DNA of 64,000 nt from Phoronis australis (Eukaryota > Animalia > Phoronida): NCBI GenBank assembly GCA_002633005.1, contig NMRA01000352.1, positions 96,836 through 160,835 of the forward strand, given 5' to 3'. The translations under genes were made by a program, and so were the position numbers. The notes beneath the pieces were generated by a model. It had not been told where the DNA came from. It made no database searches and worked only from the letters and a program-made list of their open reading frames with translations. This document shows positions 1 to 14,500 of the stretch, in pieces. Each line of letters opens with the position of its first letter. Position 1 is the first letter of the stretch.

Positions 1-3000
1 TCATTCTTTGCTTGTGCTCCTCTGAGAATTCAAACTTGGCGTCCACAATCTTTTTCAGCCCATTTCGCTCAATTTTTGGTGGAACAAACTTTTTTCGTGG
101 TCCCCGTTCTCGAAGGTTCTCACCACTTTCTCTGCTTTCTTTGTTCAATTCCTCAGACTCGTTCTTCCCACCTACATTAATATCATCTGCACCTTCGGAG
201 GGGGATTCAACAGTGGTACCCCTGTCATGTAACGCCTGGTTATTGGTGATAGCACTGTCAGATTTGTCGGTTATCAGTCCTGTGTCATCAGGTGTCATGT
301 TGTTGGATTCCTCATGTCTGAACAGTTTCTTGATACGCTCAGTCTTTGCGTAATATTCAGCAACTTTACCGATCTGGAAAGGGAATTTTTCATTATAGTG
401 GATTATTTGGTCCAATTTAAGCTGCTGTTGGACCTCAAGCTTAATCGTCTGTGAGCCATCCTCGGTTCTGTTCAATGCGACTACGTTATTGCATGTTTGA
501 CAATATATACTGAGATACCATACTCATTCAGCTTAACGTTTAAGTTTGGCACGAAACCAACTCTGAAATTTGCAATTGAAATGAACACCTCCCCCCAATT
601 TGTATGCGTCTGTGAAAGCCAGCGTCATGCGAATTTTTGCTTCTCCAAAATGTGCGACACTTGCTTATCTTTGAGTAACGAACAGTAAGATTTCTAACGG
701 CTCATTGCCTCAATCAGGCAGCAATATACATGTAATCTACTTATTTGGCAAGTCTGACCTAAATCTGTAAACTTTCAGGTCGTTAACTCAAAAGAGATCG
801 TTCCCCTTTACTTAACATATCACCCACCCCCTAATGTTCAAGTTCCCACTTAAGCACCAGGTGTGCTCAATACGTAATGCTCAATACGTGTAACAAATGT
901 GGCTTAATCGCCACTGATGAATACATCCCACATTTCTCTGATACTTGGCATTTGTCTGTTGTAGACGTTACACTCGTGTAACTTGAAATATTATTTCAAA
1001 ACAATTCACTTATTTCGTGAATCATTCAGAACCATTTGTCTAGTTTTTGTTTGAATTTTTGACTGTTGCTTTGGGCAACTGTCATTGATTTAGTTCTGAA
1101 AGTTTGAATAATATCACATTTTGTAATTTTCCTGAATAACTAGATTATTTTCCGTTGACATTCATATTAACATATTCAGCAAAGCCTTAATTTGTACACA
1201 GCAAAAGAAAACTAACTAAAGGCAAAAAACATTTTCTCATCGCAATAGTCAATTCCTCCTTCTGATTTAACTTTCGATAAACTATCTACCATTCCCTATC
1301 AGCTATTTATCACGGTCATTTTTGCTTGCACTCAACCATCACAACAGGACATTCTAGGTGTGGTCAGCCCTCACAACAAGAAGTATGCATTCATTCTATC
1401 TGCGGTTACTTCTGGTGTGTACTATAAATTTACAGGGTGTCCCAAAAATGTACTTGCACTTCAGTCCAACACCAGGAGTTCAAATTCAACTCCTGCAGAC
1501 CCAGATAGGTGCATGAGCTGTTGTGTGCTCTGTGTGCACCTGAATGGCAAAGAAATGACCCAGTTTTGGAGATCGAAAAATTAGTGGGAAATGCTACTGT
1601 AAGGAAGTGCACTGACAATTCAGTCTTCTTCCCAAAGTTACTTTCATTTCGTTTTAGAAAGTCCATTAATATTGTTCCTAGTTAATGAACTGCACAATTA
1701 TTGTCACTAGAAAAGTGAGTTAACTTTGAAACACCCTGTTTGTTTGTGCAAAGGCAATACAGTTTCAATGGGAATCCTTGCTAGAAGCATTCGGTGTGAC
1801 TTACACTGTCCTGGAGCATTTGATCTGCTTCATTCTTCAATAAATATTGAATTACATCTGCCTCACTGTTGATGGTTGCTAAGTGTAAAGCTGTCATTCC
1901 ACTGGCCTGTAACATTTGTAAAAGGTTCATGAGACCGGTTTTGAAATTCTCCATTTGAAAAAGTTAATATTTGGGTATGAAAAAATTCCAAAATTCAAAT
2001 GGTTTGCACCTTCTATGACTGATTGTGTGGTTCTGTAAGCTTGCTCAAATGGAATTGGGTTTGCTTTGCACAACTTGGGTACATTTTGTCTTCCCACCTT
2101 ATTTCGTGTTAACGCGACATCAACTAGAAAACGAGTGGTTTACAAACAGACATCACACGGACAGCTGATAACAAAATTAATATCCACATGCTCACACAAA
2201 TGTATCAAGTGGTGGAATGAAATCACTACTGATGACTTAAAACGGGGTACAACGTCTGGGAAAAAATGTTTGTGTCCTGTTTGCACAGTTCTGTCGATGC
2301 ATTGATGACCTAATTAGATGACCAGAAGTGCTCACTTTGAGGTGACATTGTGAGAACTATTAAAGCTATGTAGGACCTTATTGACGTGGTCTCAGGGCTT
2401 GGAACTTTCCTTTTAAGAGTATTTCCTCTTTTTTGATTTCAATTTCCTCTTATTCAATTTCCAGTTTCCTCTTTCTTGTCTCTTTTTTATCATTATTTTA
2501 ACGTTTTTCATGCAAAAATGCTTATTTCAGTTAAATTTTACAGCACAAAAAATATTTCTATTACATAAGTCTGTGGAATGATACATCCCCTGGAAATGTT
2601 TCCTCTTTTTGTCATTGGTCATTATTCCAAGCCCTTGGTCTTTCATTTAGCACAATATCATACCTAGAAAACTAGATTTTAACTCGGTAAAAGTACTTTA
2701 AGTATGTATTTTTCTGATTGTACAAAGCCTGTAGAATTTGATTCTTAACTTTTTAACAGTCTCTTATTAACTGGGTAACGTAACCATGTCTTTTTTGTCA
2801 GATTTAGCAAAAAAAGAAAGGTCAATGGATAGCAAAACAATAGTATTAACAATATGATCAACTTTTATTTGATATAAATGTGCAAGGTGGAGTATAACAA
2901 TTCCTATTACAGTTTTCAAAAATACCATTTATTTTCCATTTTATGTAACTTTAAAGATTGTTCATTAAAATCATAGAAGTCCCATTTTTTGATAGCCTCT

Positions 3001-5241
3001 GATCCAAAAGTTGAACATTTTAAGAACAATCCCTAACAGCATTTCTGATAACAGTGCATAACGCATAGTATCTGAAAGCTTCATATGACTCTGATCAGCC
3101 GTCCCCGAGATATGATGTTCTCAAGTCAGCCAAGTTTGACCATTTTTATAGGGTTCTAAATAACATTTAGTGAATAAGCCCTTTATCGATCTAATAGATG
3201 TAGTTGTATGCCTAAAGTGTTTGTTAACAGCACTTGTAAAACCCCAATTTAATCCTCCAAAGGTTTGAGAACTCTCATTCATTCATCAAATCCAGTATGT
3301 TTACTTCACCTTCAGCTGCCTGTAAGGTAATTTATCTTTTACCCAACACTTCTGCTTGTTGTATTTTTATAAATTGAAGCTTGCATCTCATGGGAATTAT
3401 GGGAGTTATGGTTGTGGAATTGTTGTGTACATGTAAGATGTTAAATATTGGACAGACATTGTATATTTACACGTTTCATTAAACAAACAACATATCTTTG
3501 CCTAATGCAAATATATTCACAATAAAATTTCAAATCTTCACACTGTATATATGTGGTTTGTTGAATATTTAAATCTGGATAGACTTGTTGACCTTTGTTA
3601 ATGTATTCAGTGTGGTAAATAGTGAGTCTGATGTGGAGCAAAATACTGCATGAATGGTTAACAATGGAAAAGATGTCGCAAACATTTTTAAGTCTGGTCA
3701 GCACGCCACCTGTGGCCACATCACGTGACCTATTGCATAAAGTCGAAAAAGATTTTTCCCCAACCGGGACTCGAACCCAGGACCTTCTGGGATATATATT
3801 TCCACGCCTGTTTAAGAATTACATATTGTTATAATGGGAAAGATTGGAAACTTCTGTTGTGTGGAGTTGAAATGAAATGAGATATTTGTAATGATACTGG
3901 GTTTATGTTTTATAAGATAGTTACGGTGATGTTATTTTCCTCACCTTAGTAGTCAAGTTGATGTCACAACTTGCCTCCACTAGTTGTGTAACAACAGGCA
4001 GAAAGCCGCGACCAGCTGAGAGATGTAGGGCTGTTTGGCCATTCTGTCAAATTCATAAACAAGCTTGAGTTGAGCCGTGAAAAATGCAAAGGTACAATTT
4101 ACATAACACAACATTTTAGTGTGAATTAAATTTTTCGTTGTTCATGACCAGAAGCGAATGGTACTATTTGTCAGCCTTCAAATTCGCTTAGTGTAGGAAA
4201 ACATGAGAAAAGAGCAAAATGGATATTTCAGAATTTACACAAGTTTTGCAAAAAAACAGTATTGAGGTCAAATAAATGTTTAACAAAATTTTGCTAATAA
4301 GTCATATTTCTGATCTGGTTTCATATCAACTTTGAATGAACTGAGGAGTCACCTTGTTCTGTGTGTCTAAGTCAATGTTGTTCTGTATCAAAGTCCTTGT
4401 GATTTCCTCGTGGCCATTGTAAGCTGCAAGGTGCAGAGCTGTTTGTCCATGCTGCAAAACAGTGATGAGAACTTGTATGTATAAATACCTTATGCTGAAT
4501 CCTGCCATAAGCCCCAAAGGCTATGTACGGCTGGGTGCATCTTGTGGAAACTTGGCTGCTCCCAGATTTGTCTGAACCCTGGGTTGGATCGATTCAACTT
4601 GCACCACTAAAGTGTCGCTGAATTCTTTTATGCATGTCTTCGAAAAAAGGACTGCTATTTTGCCCTGTCCCATATTCTCGCAAATAGGTCATCTGTCGTG
4701 AAGTTAGACATTTTCTGTGCCACCTAGTGATCAGTTTTACTATTTTGAGTGTACTTTCTGACATCCACCTAACTATCTGCAAACTGCTCCACAAGAATCA
4801 TTATGCCGGCCATGGCAGATAATTGTGTTCTTACTTAGAGGAGCATGGCTGACATTAATTTTTCAGGTAAATCAAAAATCTCTTCACTTGGGTGAACTTT
4901 TCAAAAAAAATACAAAATTGCATCATATTTCACTGGCCATGATGATGGAGTAAATTTTGTTTGGCCAGGTATAAACTTTACAAATGCCGTTTAAAATTGG
5001 ATCACACTCCTTGGGTTCAATATTTACATTCTGGGTGGAAATTAAAATGCCCAGGATTACAATGTCTGGGAATATGAATGGCAGAGTGTAAAGCATCAAA
5101 CCATCGACTTACTGGATGTCTGCAGCTAACATTAACCCCCTTGTCAATGAGCTCGGACATCTTGTCTTCATCCATTATAGACACTGCTGCCAGGAATAAG
5201 GCTTCGTCATGGCTCAGGTCACTTACTCCTGATACACTGTA
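1..5241 (-). CDS. Ankyrin-repeat protein, partial multi-exon gene (5' start unresolved, 3' end runs off window)
   Basis: GT-AG exons read on the minus strand: 5113-5241 (..DEALFLAAVSIMDEDKMSELIDKGVNVSCRHP), 4353-4451 (HGQTALHLAAYNGHEEITRTLIQNNIDLDTQNK), 3945-4043 (NGQTALHLSAGRGFLPVVTQLVEASCDINLTTK), 1805-1906 (ASGMTALHLATINSEADVIQYLLKNEADQMLQDS) and <1-373 (IGKVAEYYAKTERIKKLFRHEESNN..., open to the edge). The 99-102 nt phase-0 exons each carry a G-x-TALHL ankyrin consensus. The acceptor of the 5113 exon may be ~13 nt further in. Confidence 0.85.
1433..1738. mobile_element. Tc1/mariner-type MITE in ankyrin-gene intron
   Basis: Termini CAGGGTGT...ACACCCTG are inverted repeats. TA lies on the left flank and TT on the right (degenerate TA TSD). 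No coding capacity. Confidence 0.55.
2393..2636. mobile_element. MITE with CAGGGCTTGGAA TIRs (copy 1)
   Basis: CAGGGCTTGGAA...TTCCAAGCCCT(T) inverted termini, flanked by a TGGTCT/GGTCT direct repeat. A second copy of the same family lies in the opposite orientation at 47619-47882. Confidence 0.7.
2800..3155. repeat. Dispersed repeat, homologous to ~13230-13480
   Basis: Shared blocks such as AATTTAGCAAAAA..GAAAGGT..GATAGCAAA.CAAT.GTAT and GTATCTGAAAG.TTCATATGA occur at both sites. Confidence 0.55.
3690..3787 (-). repeat. tRNA-derived SINE-like fragment (Pol III B-box)
   Basis: Minus strand reads GGTCCTGGGTTCGAGTCCCGGTTGGGG, a T-arm/B-box with no complete cloverleaf. The flank AGTCTGGTCAGCAC.CCA.CTGT recurs at ~5743-5768. 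Confidence 0.4.
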
Positions 5242-6109
5242 CTGAAACCAAAATATTAGTAGTAGTGGAGCGTATATTTCAGAAGTTGTTCAAAAATTAT
5301 ATCCAGGTTAATACATTATTTGGTTTAGGATGGACTGTGGGAACGTCTTTACAACCCGGTGAGCTCTAAGAGCCACCCATAAATCAATCATACAAAAATA
5401 ATTACGAAACACTGGCAGTAAATATGGCAAAGTAAACAAACAAACTCATGTCCTTGAGTAGAACCAATAGTAATTAATTATGAGACACAAAATGATAGTT
5501 AATTATATTACGGTGATCTGATAGTTCTTAATTCCATGGATTTACAGACATGGTGAGTTGGCTACACTGCAGTCAAGACCATGCTTATTAAAGCAGTGGT
5601 TTTTATTAGTTATTACATTAAATAGAGATGAATCTTATCAAAGACACAAACTGGAAGACTGTGAGGTTTCGTAAAACATTATGTAAGGATTATGTGGATC
5701 TCAATATAGCATGGAAAACATATTGCAAATATTTTTTAATTTAGTCTGGTCAGCACACCATCTGTTGGCAACAAAATGTTTGCAATTGTGTAGAGTTTTC
5801 AAAAAGTTTTTAGGAGCAAAGTTGGTCTATAATAAATTCCTTTGCTTGGTGTAATGATGATAAATACTTGAATGGGGAACTAAAAATAGCTTGGTATCGT
5901 ATTATTAATGTATTTATAAATGAATTTGATAGGGGTAGACATATATAAATCCTTAATATTACAGTCATTCGTCAGTTGTTTTGCACAAAAATTATTGCTA
6001 GAATGATATTTTTTTTATTTTTCACTGGGTGGCAGCAATTTAGCTTAACATGTTCTTTCATAACAAGCGCAGTACTAAATATTGGTTAATGACACCACCA
6101 ATGCAGATA

Positions 6110-7213
6110 TATTAGTTGCAGTATGTCACAGTCTTGAACTATCTTCAGGGTTACAAAATAAGTCCTAAGAAAAAACACAACTACCTGAGATTACACGGAA
6201 AAGCACGAGTCCGACATCTCTCAATTTCTGGAGACTATCCAAATCTAAAGAATTTTTAGAGTAGATTATGTGGTAAGTAGCTATAAATTATTATAACCCA
6301 ACCTACTTCTGCTGGTTGTGTATCTGAAAAAATCAGGTTTGTATTACAGTGACTAAATTTTTAGTTAGGCATGGGCATACAATAAATTTCTGTTTGTCCA
6401 ATATTGGTACTTTAGTCATAGTAGATGTGCCCATGTCTGGATTATGTTGAGGTCCTAATGAAAGGTGTCATTTGAAACCAAAGCTTGATTATGGTGAACC
6501 CTAGTTACAACAACTGTATATTCATAGTTGACAAACAGAGACTGTAACATGTTGAAACCAGGGCCCGGTCTCCAATCTCCGTACTCAGACTCATACTCAT
6601 ACTCGAGATTTCATACTCAAAATCGTGCTCACTGGAGTCGTACTCAAAAAAGCGTATCTAATGTCGTATTTCGAGTAGACTCCAAACGTACTCAAATCTG
6701 ACACTCATACTCGAGTTGCTATGGAACTCTTTATGATGTGAAATNTATTAGTTGCAATATGTCACAGTCCAACATTTCGGTTCAGTCTTGAACTATCTTC
6801 AGGGTTACAAAATAAGTCCAAAGAAAAAACACTACTACCTGAGATTACACGGAAAAGCACGAGTCCAACGTCTCTCAATTTTTGGAGACTATCCAAATCT
6901 AAAGAATTTTTAGAGTAGATTATGTGCTAAGTAGTTATAAGTTATTATAATCCAACCTACTTCTGCTGGTTGTGTATCTGAAAAAATCAGGTTTGTATTA
7001 TAGTGAACTAATTTTTAGTTAGGCATGGGCATACAATAAATTTTTGTTTGTCCAAAATTGGTACTTAAGTCATAGTAGATATGCCCATGTCTGGATATCG
7101 AGGTCCCAATGAAAGGTGTCATTTGAAACCAAAGCTTGATTATGGTGAACCCCAGTTACAACAACTGTATATTCAAAGTTGACAAACAGAGACTGTAACA
7201 TGTTGAAACCAGG
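6110..7213. repeat. Near-identical direct duplication (6110-6562 / 6746-7213) across a single N; probable haplotype-overlap artefact
   Basis: Copy 2 begins immediately after the N at 6745 and differs from copy 1 only by scattered SNPs and small indels. Copy 1 runs into an insertion starting CAGGGCCC at 6559. Confidence 0.85.
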
Positions 7214-10200
7214 AGTCGTGTACACCTTATGATAGAAACTAAAATGTATTATTAAGCAGTTTGGCTGTGTAATTCTCACTTGAAGTGAAATCATCAGTGA
7301 GAAAAGGGATTTTCTGAGGTCATCCTCAGCACGGAATCGAACATGCAACCCCCGCGTTGTCAACCAGATGGTTTGCTCATGGATCTAAATCACACTCAAT
7401 AAATGCCGGACCATTTTAAAAAGCGTATGCAGATAAAGCCACCGGCATTGGTTTCAGTGAATGCATAGCAGACAACGGCAAGAATTGGTAATTTGTTAAT
7501 AACGTAAAAACACTATTTATTGTCAATGCCTAATAGCTTCAAGAAGTCGTTGCCATCCATAAATGATCCCAAAAGTGTGTTGATAAATCAACAATAACCC
7601 TATAAGTTTCTTCCAAGTTACTGTTACACTGTTAGAGAACACTATGATTGATGATAAAGCATTAGAAAACCGAAGTACCTAGACACACTTACTTTATCAG
7701 TATGTATTGTACACATGCTGTTGCATTTTGGTTAGACAACTCTCACTTTTATAGTTGTTATGAAATACCTTAGTTTCTTAAGAATTAAAAAAAATGCGGA
7801 ATACTGAGAATTCTCATATTTATAAATTTTGTGCTGTCATTGAAATTTGTAACAACTTAAAAATTAAATAATTATTCTCTGCTCCCTCGGTTTGCTGTAG
7901 ACAAGTTGTTATTTCAGTTCTAATGAAGATTTCTCGTTGTAATAGGTATATTAAAAATAAAATCACTTGGATCATACCTGGTCATAGATCATTCTGCTGT
8001 AGCTGGCATCTGATGTTATGAACTAACTAGGCAAATGGTTGACATCGTGAGTTGTACTATAACTCCGCTGAACAGTGTATCTATACAGGGTTAAAACTCC
8101 TGCCTCTCTCAGCTTCATGACAAATTACTCCATCAGTGGATAATTTAGAAAACCATTGAGGTGTAAACCTGTTTGTAAGATGACCCTTATCAGCAACTGT
8201 GATTGTAACCCTGGGCTACAGTGACTTGCACAAACCAGGCGAGGCTATTGAATAAACTCTATAAAAGAAAATGTCTCGTGAAAAATTGATTAGCTGCTAT
8301 TTCTTGGGTGGGTGATATTACCGTGGGCATTTTTTATATGCTTGGTAGTTTATGTACACAAATAAAGTGTTGATAGCTGGAGACCATGTTTCTTTAGCTT
8401 GAGCAAATTGGTTTTTTTAGGTAACGGTCCAGTCTCATTATGTTTACTTTTGGGTGAGCAATTTAATGGAAATTTCCAGAATTTTTAGACATTTCACAAC
8501 ACACCAATGCGTAATCTGACTTATAAAATTAAATAACATTTTTTTGGAAAAGTCAAATAATCTTGATTTGTGCATTTCTGAAACCAGAAGAGGATTTTGC
8601 ATTTATGTACTGTGTTAGCCTCGTAGTTAAGTCTTTAGGCAATTTGTTTACAGGTAGTTGTAAAAATGTTGTGGGTATTTCCTGGGAATTGGACTAATGT
8701 TTTGTTAAGTTCTAATAATCCATCGATAAACGATTTCTGATAAAGTGCCCTAGTCGGACTTGGAAAGAGCTTTCCAATAAATTGGTTGTATTTACATTCT
8801 GTGCTGGTATTTTTATATACCCATGAAAAGAACATCATGAAGACACTCCAATTAGTTAGTTTACGGCAAGTCTACGCGCTGGACTTGCCTCTTGAACCAG
8901 CAGCGACATGTGTTCAGTGTAAGTAGGCTTACTTGGTTGGACACCGTGGCGCAATGATTTTGCTGGGCAGTGTGCACCTCCCTTGGTGACTGAACACATA
9001 AACTAAAGGATTCCTAATGCATTGACAGTGAAATTATCCACAGCTCGTATTTTTAGGAATGAGAACGGCCAAAAGTCAGTGGCAGGCAATAAAAAGTAAG
9101 ATTTTGGTATTCGTAGTCACAGGAAAGAACCGGATGATGAATTAATATGATGTAAACTCACTGTTCTGGGAATGCTCGATGTGGACTATTTGACTTTTAG
9201 TAAATGGGGTGTTTTGTCTTATCTGGTAATTCACTTAAATCTTATTTTTCTTAAAGGTCCAAAAATTATGGATTACAAGTTACCTTTAGTATAACACATT
9301 GCATGACATATGTACTAAGATATTGAATGAGAAATAATCTACTTAGTTCAAGCATCACTGCTTGAAGAAATGAGTATAGACTTGAACAATTCCTCATTGA
9401 TTCTGAACTATTTTTTAAGATCAACATGTTGTCCTCCTGTTTTGATCTACCGTTATTATTTTTCTTTTCTTCTAAAATGCTGGACATTATAGCAGGTACA
9501 GGAAAAGAATACTACATCCTAAGCAATCTCTTGGATACACCTGAGGGTACTAACAACATGAATAAAAACAGCAATAACACCCCGACCAGTCACAATCAGT
9601 CAACGGGTTGGCTTACCTCTAAAGCCATGGATACCTTCTAAGAAACAGCCCCTCAGCACCTGATGTCACCCTTCTCCTAAATACAATTTGTAATCAGGTG
9701 CCAAGTATCCATGCCATAAACAGGTGATAAGCAACTCTAGTCTATTTTGTGGAAAATATTCCACAGTCGGTATTTCCCTTAATTAATTCCGTGCAGGAAA
9801 ACACAAAGCAGTTGATGAATACTGAGGTACTGTAAGCCAAGAGTCACCACAGACCTCTGGGCATGTGTCCAGTTGATCTTCATAGACAATAGTTTGCACA
9901 GATTATGTAACATTGAATTACTTCTGACACTTACCATCTTTTTTCTTGTTCAACCTACTGTAAAGAAGGGTTTGTTGTTGGCTTGGGATTCGCTTATCAG
10001 ATATCCAGCCTCAGGAACAGGGTATTACTAAGCCACTACAAATAGCAACCATCATCTTGTCAAATCTTGTGTTGGCAAACAATCAACATTCATATTTGTT
10101 TAGTCTTGCTGAATAAAGTTCCTTTATTGGTTGAGTAAACTTTGCAGTTTGATGGCTATGTAAGTGCAAAAACTTTGTGTTTTTTTAAGTTGGTCTTGCC

Positions 10201-11521
10201 ATGTCTAGCTATTGGGTGTGTTGGTCTGGTCATGTCTAGCTATTGGGTGTGTTATGTTGGGCAGAAAAATTGTACAGCATTTGAAAATATACAGTTCTTA
10301 AGTCAATAATACCTCTTCATACCAGAGGCAGATATGTTATTTAGCATTCTTTTTTTCTGTAAAACGTGGGTGCATTTTGCTATTGTCTCTGTTCGACCAT
10401 CGGCCTTTCAGATCTATATCTACCATGTTCTTTCATTCATAGATTTCCACGTGGCATGTATATTCTTATCATGGAGAGGATAGCAACTACTGATTTTCAG
10501 ACAGATGTGAAGTGGTGCACCCTCCGGTGGTGATTAGAATAGTTTGGTTCTGTTTTTGCTATCCACCATTCGGTCTACTAAACCTCTTGAAAAAGCATTG
10601 GAAAATTTGGTGCATGGGTTGTTATAGAAGAGAGCATAGCTGACATTGACTTTGGTGGAACTGATCTGATTACCGTTGTGCCTACTAAGTGACAGTTTTG
10701 GATTTTCTTTGTGTCTACTCAATATCTTATCAAAGTCTTCTTGGTAAATCTTTATGAAAGTTGGCAGTTGTAGTGTTGCCAATTAGACGATGATGCCTAC
10801 CTATTTTTAGACTACTTTGTTTACTGTTGTGACCCCTTTAAGGCCAATTTTATTTGTTTGATGTTGGTTTTTATTGTATGCCTCCATCTTTTAAGTACCT
10901 AGTTGATGAATTTTGAAGAAATTTGGCAGACATGTTTTGAAGGGAGAATCACGTTTTCATTTTTTATGCGCCAACAGTCCGTGTTGCTCTTGCAGATGAA
11001 TATTATAGATGCTGGTCAATGTTTAGCACCTGCTGTTACCTACTGAACAAGTTGAGGTGTAATAAAATTAGGCACTTGATGTTAAGGCTAGCATATTTGA
11101 CAGATGTGACTACTCAATGCTGTTATGCCTCCTACTGGCAGTTTCAGGAACCAAGCCTAGAACTTCAGAAGTTTAAATTGTCATTGTGTAAAGCTGTTGT
11201 GTGTAACTCTTCCAATAATGTCACTGGCTTTGGTAACTAAGTACCAGATTTGCTCAATATGTTTAATTTGACATGTCATGCTAAAGATAATACTCCTAAG
11301 AAGAAAAACATGCTATCTTGTAATTTTGTGTGTAGCATTATCTTACCTGTATTTTAAAGAGGCTTGGCAGAATAGCTCGATTTACTCAGCGATATTACAC
11401 TAAGTGTTGTGTTTCGGTTACTCTTTCAGGACATGACATAACTTGAATTGTAGAAGAGGTGATGGGGAACCCGTGGTATTAAAATGGCTGTTGTTGTCAT
11501 GTTGTTTGCTTACTTTTTTAG

Positions 11522-14500
11522 GATAGGGCGTATGAAGACAGTCCCCAAAGTGTGAGTGAGGACTCAGAGGATGATGAGCGATTGGACTTGGACCTGTCTG
11601 CTGATAATAAAGACACTTTTGTTCTAGAGGTATTGCATTGGCCCACACTGCTGTTGTTAGGTCGACTTGTTATAACGTGCAAAGACATATTAAAATGGAA
11701 AATTAAACTGCTAAAATATTTTTATAATAATGTGGATCATAGTGTCCAAAATTTTTTAGTGCATCTTACGGCACGTTGCTACAGATTTTTATAGAAGACA
11801 GCTAGAAAATCCTTGGATGCCACATGCGCCACACTGCAGTGACTGAGTAACTAATGCATTGGCCGTGGACACAATTGTCACCGTATTGCAGGTCGTGTAT
11901 TTTGATAAATTCGCTGTTTGAACATAGCTCGATTTGCAACAAATTAACAAATAAGATAAGTTACCGTTCTGCGTTTTTTGTTGAAAAATCGTGTGCAGTA
12001 GAATATCCGAACGAGATGACACATACACTTTCATTGGTGCTTAAGACAGGACCTGTTCATTATGCAGTGTTGATATCATGGAAGAGTGTTTGTTCATTCG
12101 GGTGTTTTTATTATGGAAAAAGACTCTTTCTGAACTTTTCTAAGTGTTCCGTTCAATCGTTAACATTGGGCCAAGTCGTAGGGTATAAATTCTGCCATCT
12201 GTGAATTCAGACCGAGGCTATGTTATGAAAAACAAATAGACTCTGGATGTTGAATGCAATATTCTGAAATGTGCATTTAGAAAAATTATTTGTCAACATT
12301 TCATTTCATAAATTCTGACTTTAAAACATCCAATTTTTGTCTGTCAGTATTTATGTAGTGTTGTGATGAACAGCAATTAATTCTAACAAGTCAAAATGCT
12401 GGCCATTGTAACCATGGCTACCTAATTTCGTATGGAGCCTGAAGGTAGCTGCCAAGAGAAATAACAAAAAATACCGTTTTTCTTTGCACAGATGTGTGTC
12501 ACGTGAAAACAGGCAATGGCAAAACGCTACACATATGCTCCTTAGGAGTACTTTAAAGCTTCTTACAATTTGATAAAAAGTAATGGCCATTTTTTTGATT
12601 TTTCAAACGCTCACTGTATTGCCAAAATATTCAAAATTTTGTCTTGTGTTTGTTGATGACACCCATTCAAATAATTACGCAAAATTGTCTTCTTTACTCT
12701 TGTTGTAAATATTATTAAAATAAAATTTAACTGTTTCTCCATATTGTGCTTTAATTTAGAGAAACTTGACCATAATTAGCTCTTGTGTTGGGTTACTTCC
12801 ATAACTTGTCAAATGCGATGAACACTTTAATATCTTTTTCTTTGACCTCCAGATTGATGATTCTGAGGACGAGGCTGGTGTCACAGTACTGTTGGAAGAT
12901 GGTGCTCCCCCTGGCTTCTATGCCTGCACCACTGATGACATGCCTGGTGTTCCTAATTTGGTCATAGACTTTCAGGTACAGAATGAATGTTATGGTACAA
13001 CTAACAACAGCCACAAGTTGACCTTTAGTGTCTCTAGTGCAGCATATTGATGTGGTTATGGTTATGTAAGACCTTTTTGTCAAGTCGTTCAGCAAAATAT
13101 CTAGAAACATGTAGATTTTAACTCTGTTAAGTTAACATGTATATTTTCTCGAAGGAGAAAGGCTGTAGGATTTGATTTTTTACTTTTTACCAATCTGTTA
13201 TTTATTGGGTCAAGTGACTCTTTTTTATAAAATTTAGCAAAAAGAAAGGTACTTTGATAGCAAAGCAATGGTATCAATGACACGATCAAATTTTATTTGA
13301 TATCGATGTTTGAAGTGAGATATCAAAATCTCTGTTTCAGTGTTCTATAATATCATTTCTTTTTTGTTTTGTTAGCATTTTTGAGAACAGTACAAAAAGC
13401 ATTGTATCTGAAAGTTTCATATGAATCCAATCAGCTGGATATTCCGAAGTCTGCCAAACTTGGCCATTTTATAGGGGCCTACTTAATCTTTTAGCTAACC
13501 AGATGCAATGCCTTTTCAGATGCTAACCAGCGTGTGGCAAGGGGAAATTAATTTGAAGACTAGTCAAGAAGTGTCCACAATATTTAACAATATTTTTAAG
13601 GTAAGTTGTTCTAATTTATAAAATTACTTCATATTTATGCGTCCAAGTGGGAAAATTTTGCTACATCTTCTCTGTAGGGGGCGTAGTGTCTGGTTGGGTG
13701 ATTATTTTACCAATAAACGTGACTTAAATTGTTATCTACTGCCATTGTGGTTTGACTACCACCATTTTTTTGAACTGTGCTCTCTTGGGCACTTATTTAG
13801 GTCGAAGTGAGGTCAACCTTGTCTAAAATTTAATTGTTAAGAATGCACCAATTCATAACTCACTATCATGACCTCTTCTAAACTCTGCTAAACTGGTGAG
13901 TTTGTCCATTGTTGATGGTCTTCCAGGTTCCAGCTGTTACATCTATTAGACAAGATTAGTGCAATATGAATTGTCCCTGGAATTTGTGTAATGTCCCAAG
14001 CATAGGAGATGCATCTTAGTTTTAATACTGTTTCTCAATACAGGGTTTGTTCTTCCATGCACGTTCTCTTGTGCCATGCTGTCTGTGCAAGATGTCATAT
14101 AAAGTTGACTTGCTGGAGAAGGAAAGAATTAGGGTACGTGTCACACTGGCCGCTATATTAGATAGACAGGCATGTTTTGCCAATGGAAGATAGCGGCGCC
14201 ATTTAATATTACTATTGCTCTCATGCTCAGAATGAGATAGTGAGGCTGAAATCATGAATATTGAATGTGGAGTACTAATTAAATTAAATAATTACATTTT
14301 TTACAATTTATTGAGTATTGTTCTACAAAATTGTTATTTTTTTGTAGAATGAGCCTGTCGTTTAAGTGGAACTTGCACGCTAATTCCTTATCTCTATGAT
14401 TGCTTGGTCAAATTATTTAGAAACGCAACATATAACGATGATGTGAATAAAAATGAAATAGATTGAAAATTGCCAAATGTTTTTAAGAACGAGCTTTCTG

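Noticed and set aside
12-353. 113-aa Ser/Leu-rich plus-strand ORF
   Set aside because: It is the antisense shadow of the open minus-strand exon (1-373) of the ankyrin gene.
3757-3787. tRNA gene
   Set aside because: Only a T-arm/B-box is present, with no D-arm or full acceptor stem. The same applies to GGTTCAAATCCC at ~16175 and ~17119.
6185-6244. Candidate upstream exon of the ankyrin gene (..LDSLQKLRDVGLVLFRVIS)
   Set aside because: It has AG/GT boundaries but joins in frame only through an alternative acceptor, and no start exon could be linked. Not supportable without transcripts.
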